Below, piece by piece: positions 37,116 through 37,845 of a stretch of 37,845 nt of DNA. The stretch is from a virus (taxonomy: Duplodnaviria > Heunggongvirae > Uroviricota > Caudoviricetes). The notes beneath the pieces were generated by a model. The model did no database searches. It was not told the DNA's origin and saw nothing but the letters and a program-made list of their open reading frames with translations. The position numbers and the translations under genes are program-made. The stretch's first letter is position 1; every line of letters begins with the position of its first letter. The stretch lies in IMG/VR virus record IMGVR_UViG_2579779052_000009; one strand, given 5' to 3'.

Positions 37116-37299
37116 GATTCATCTATCCTAAAAAGTTACGAAATTTGATAACTAAACTTAGTTATCAAGTTTGATATAAGTATTGATCCACTTCTGCTTC
37201 ATGTAAAGCAAAAAAACATCTTTCTTTTGTCTATTGTGGATCAATGGTTGCTAACAACACTAAAAGTTAATAATTTCAAATTGATAGGAAGAAAAGAAA
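37116..37299. promoter_or_regulatory. divergent early/repressor promoter-operator region
   Basis: 24-bp near-perfect palindrome TTGATAACTAA-nn-TTAGTTATCAA at about 37145-37168, a 10-bp inverted repeat ATTGATCCAC / GTGGATCAAT about 44 bp apart, and repeated TTGATA motifs; AT-rich. Confidence 0.5.
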
Positions 37300-37845
37300 A
37301 TGAACAAGCAAACAACAACATCTCTTTCTTTTCCTGGTGGTAGAAAAGAAAGCATTGCTGAGCGTCTGAAAAGGCTGATTGGCTCCCGCAGCGTCAGAGC
37401 TGCAGCAAGAGATTGGGGGCTTTCATTTTCAACACTAAACAATTATCTGTCTCGTGGCACTGAGCCATCCTTAAGTGTCGCCCTTCAGATTGCGTCTATC
37501 GAAGGAGTAAGTGTTGAGTGGCTATGTGGATTCAGTGATGCATCACAAGTGAATCGGTGTGAGATCAAGGAAAATCAAGATGAAAGCAAGAAGATAATTA
37601 TGACGATTATCAGCGCACTTGATGAAAAAGACTTAGAGCAGCTATCGAAAAATTTGGTTCTGAATGGAGCCAAGTACTTAGCTCGGTTGTTAGAGCCTGA
37701 AAATCAAGATCTAATCCGCTTAGAAGGAAGGAAAAGAATAGCTGCATTACAGCTTGAAGGTATGTCTGACGAACGCGTCAGAGAGATTTTGGAAGAAACT
37801 GAGAGAAGTCGCAAATCTAACGCGGTAGAACCAAAAGCGGGTTAA
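37300..37845 (+). CDS. prophage repressor, CI-type HTH
   Basis: N-terminal HTH-like segment (RAAARDWGLSFSTLNNYLSRGTEPSLSVALQIASIEGVSVEWL); transcribed divergently from ner-A-B; AT-rich. Confidence 0.65.
   Translation: MNKQTTTSLSFPGGRKESIAERLKRLIGSRSVRAAARDWGLSFSTLNNYLSRGTEPSLSVALQIASIEGVSVEWLCGFSDASQVNRCEIKENQDESKKIIMTIISALDEKDLEQLSKNLVLNGAKYLARLLEPENQDLIRLEGRKRIAALQLEGMSDERVREILEETERSRKSNAVEPKAG

Larger units (their letters stand above)
1..37845 (-). mobile_element. Mu-like transposable prophage (interior; ends outside window)
   Basis: Colinear Mu gene order on - strand: ner, A, B, gam, gemA, Mor/C, lys, terminase, portal, F, G, I, T, sheath, tube, tape measure, N, P, baseplate, tail fibre, com/mom; divergent repressor at right edge. 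Confidence 0.85.

Noticed and set aside
1-37845. CRISPR arrays, rRNA, integrase or serine invertase
   Set aside because: No regularly spaced direct repeats, no rRNA-like sequence, and no ORF with tyrosine or serine recombinase features were seen; transposition genes A and B account for mobility.

Overview
The window is essentially the interior of one Mu-like transposable prophage with enterobacterial-type codon usage, lying in reverse orientation relative to the + strand. Right edge: a CI-type repressor on + (37300..37845), diverging from ner, transposase A and ATPase B on the - strand, followed leftward by a dense block of small early genes including gam, then gemA, a single Mor/C-family activator, a SAR-type endolysin with spanins, the terminase-portal-F-G-I-T head module, sheath/tube/chaperone/tape measure, N, P, baseplate and tail fibre genes, and com/mom at the left edge. 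Both window edges fall on stop codons (mom at 1..3, repressor at 37843..37845), so the att ends, host flanks and target-site duplication are not visible. Departures from the canonical Mu layout: no gin invertase or recognisable G segment; in its place a reversed tail-fibre-assembly gene, a 684-aa SASA/SGNH-type O-acetylesterase and several small orphan genes; an AT-rich opposite-strand gene inside the early operon; a short paralog of the gp27 C-terminus translationally coupled to the large terminase; and two tandem paralogous small early genes. All family assignments are from reading the supplied translations against remembered family features; no database search was run. My own nucleotide reading disagreed with the ORF track by one base around position 840, so fine coordinates of motifs are +/-1-2 nt and gene coordinates follow the track.
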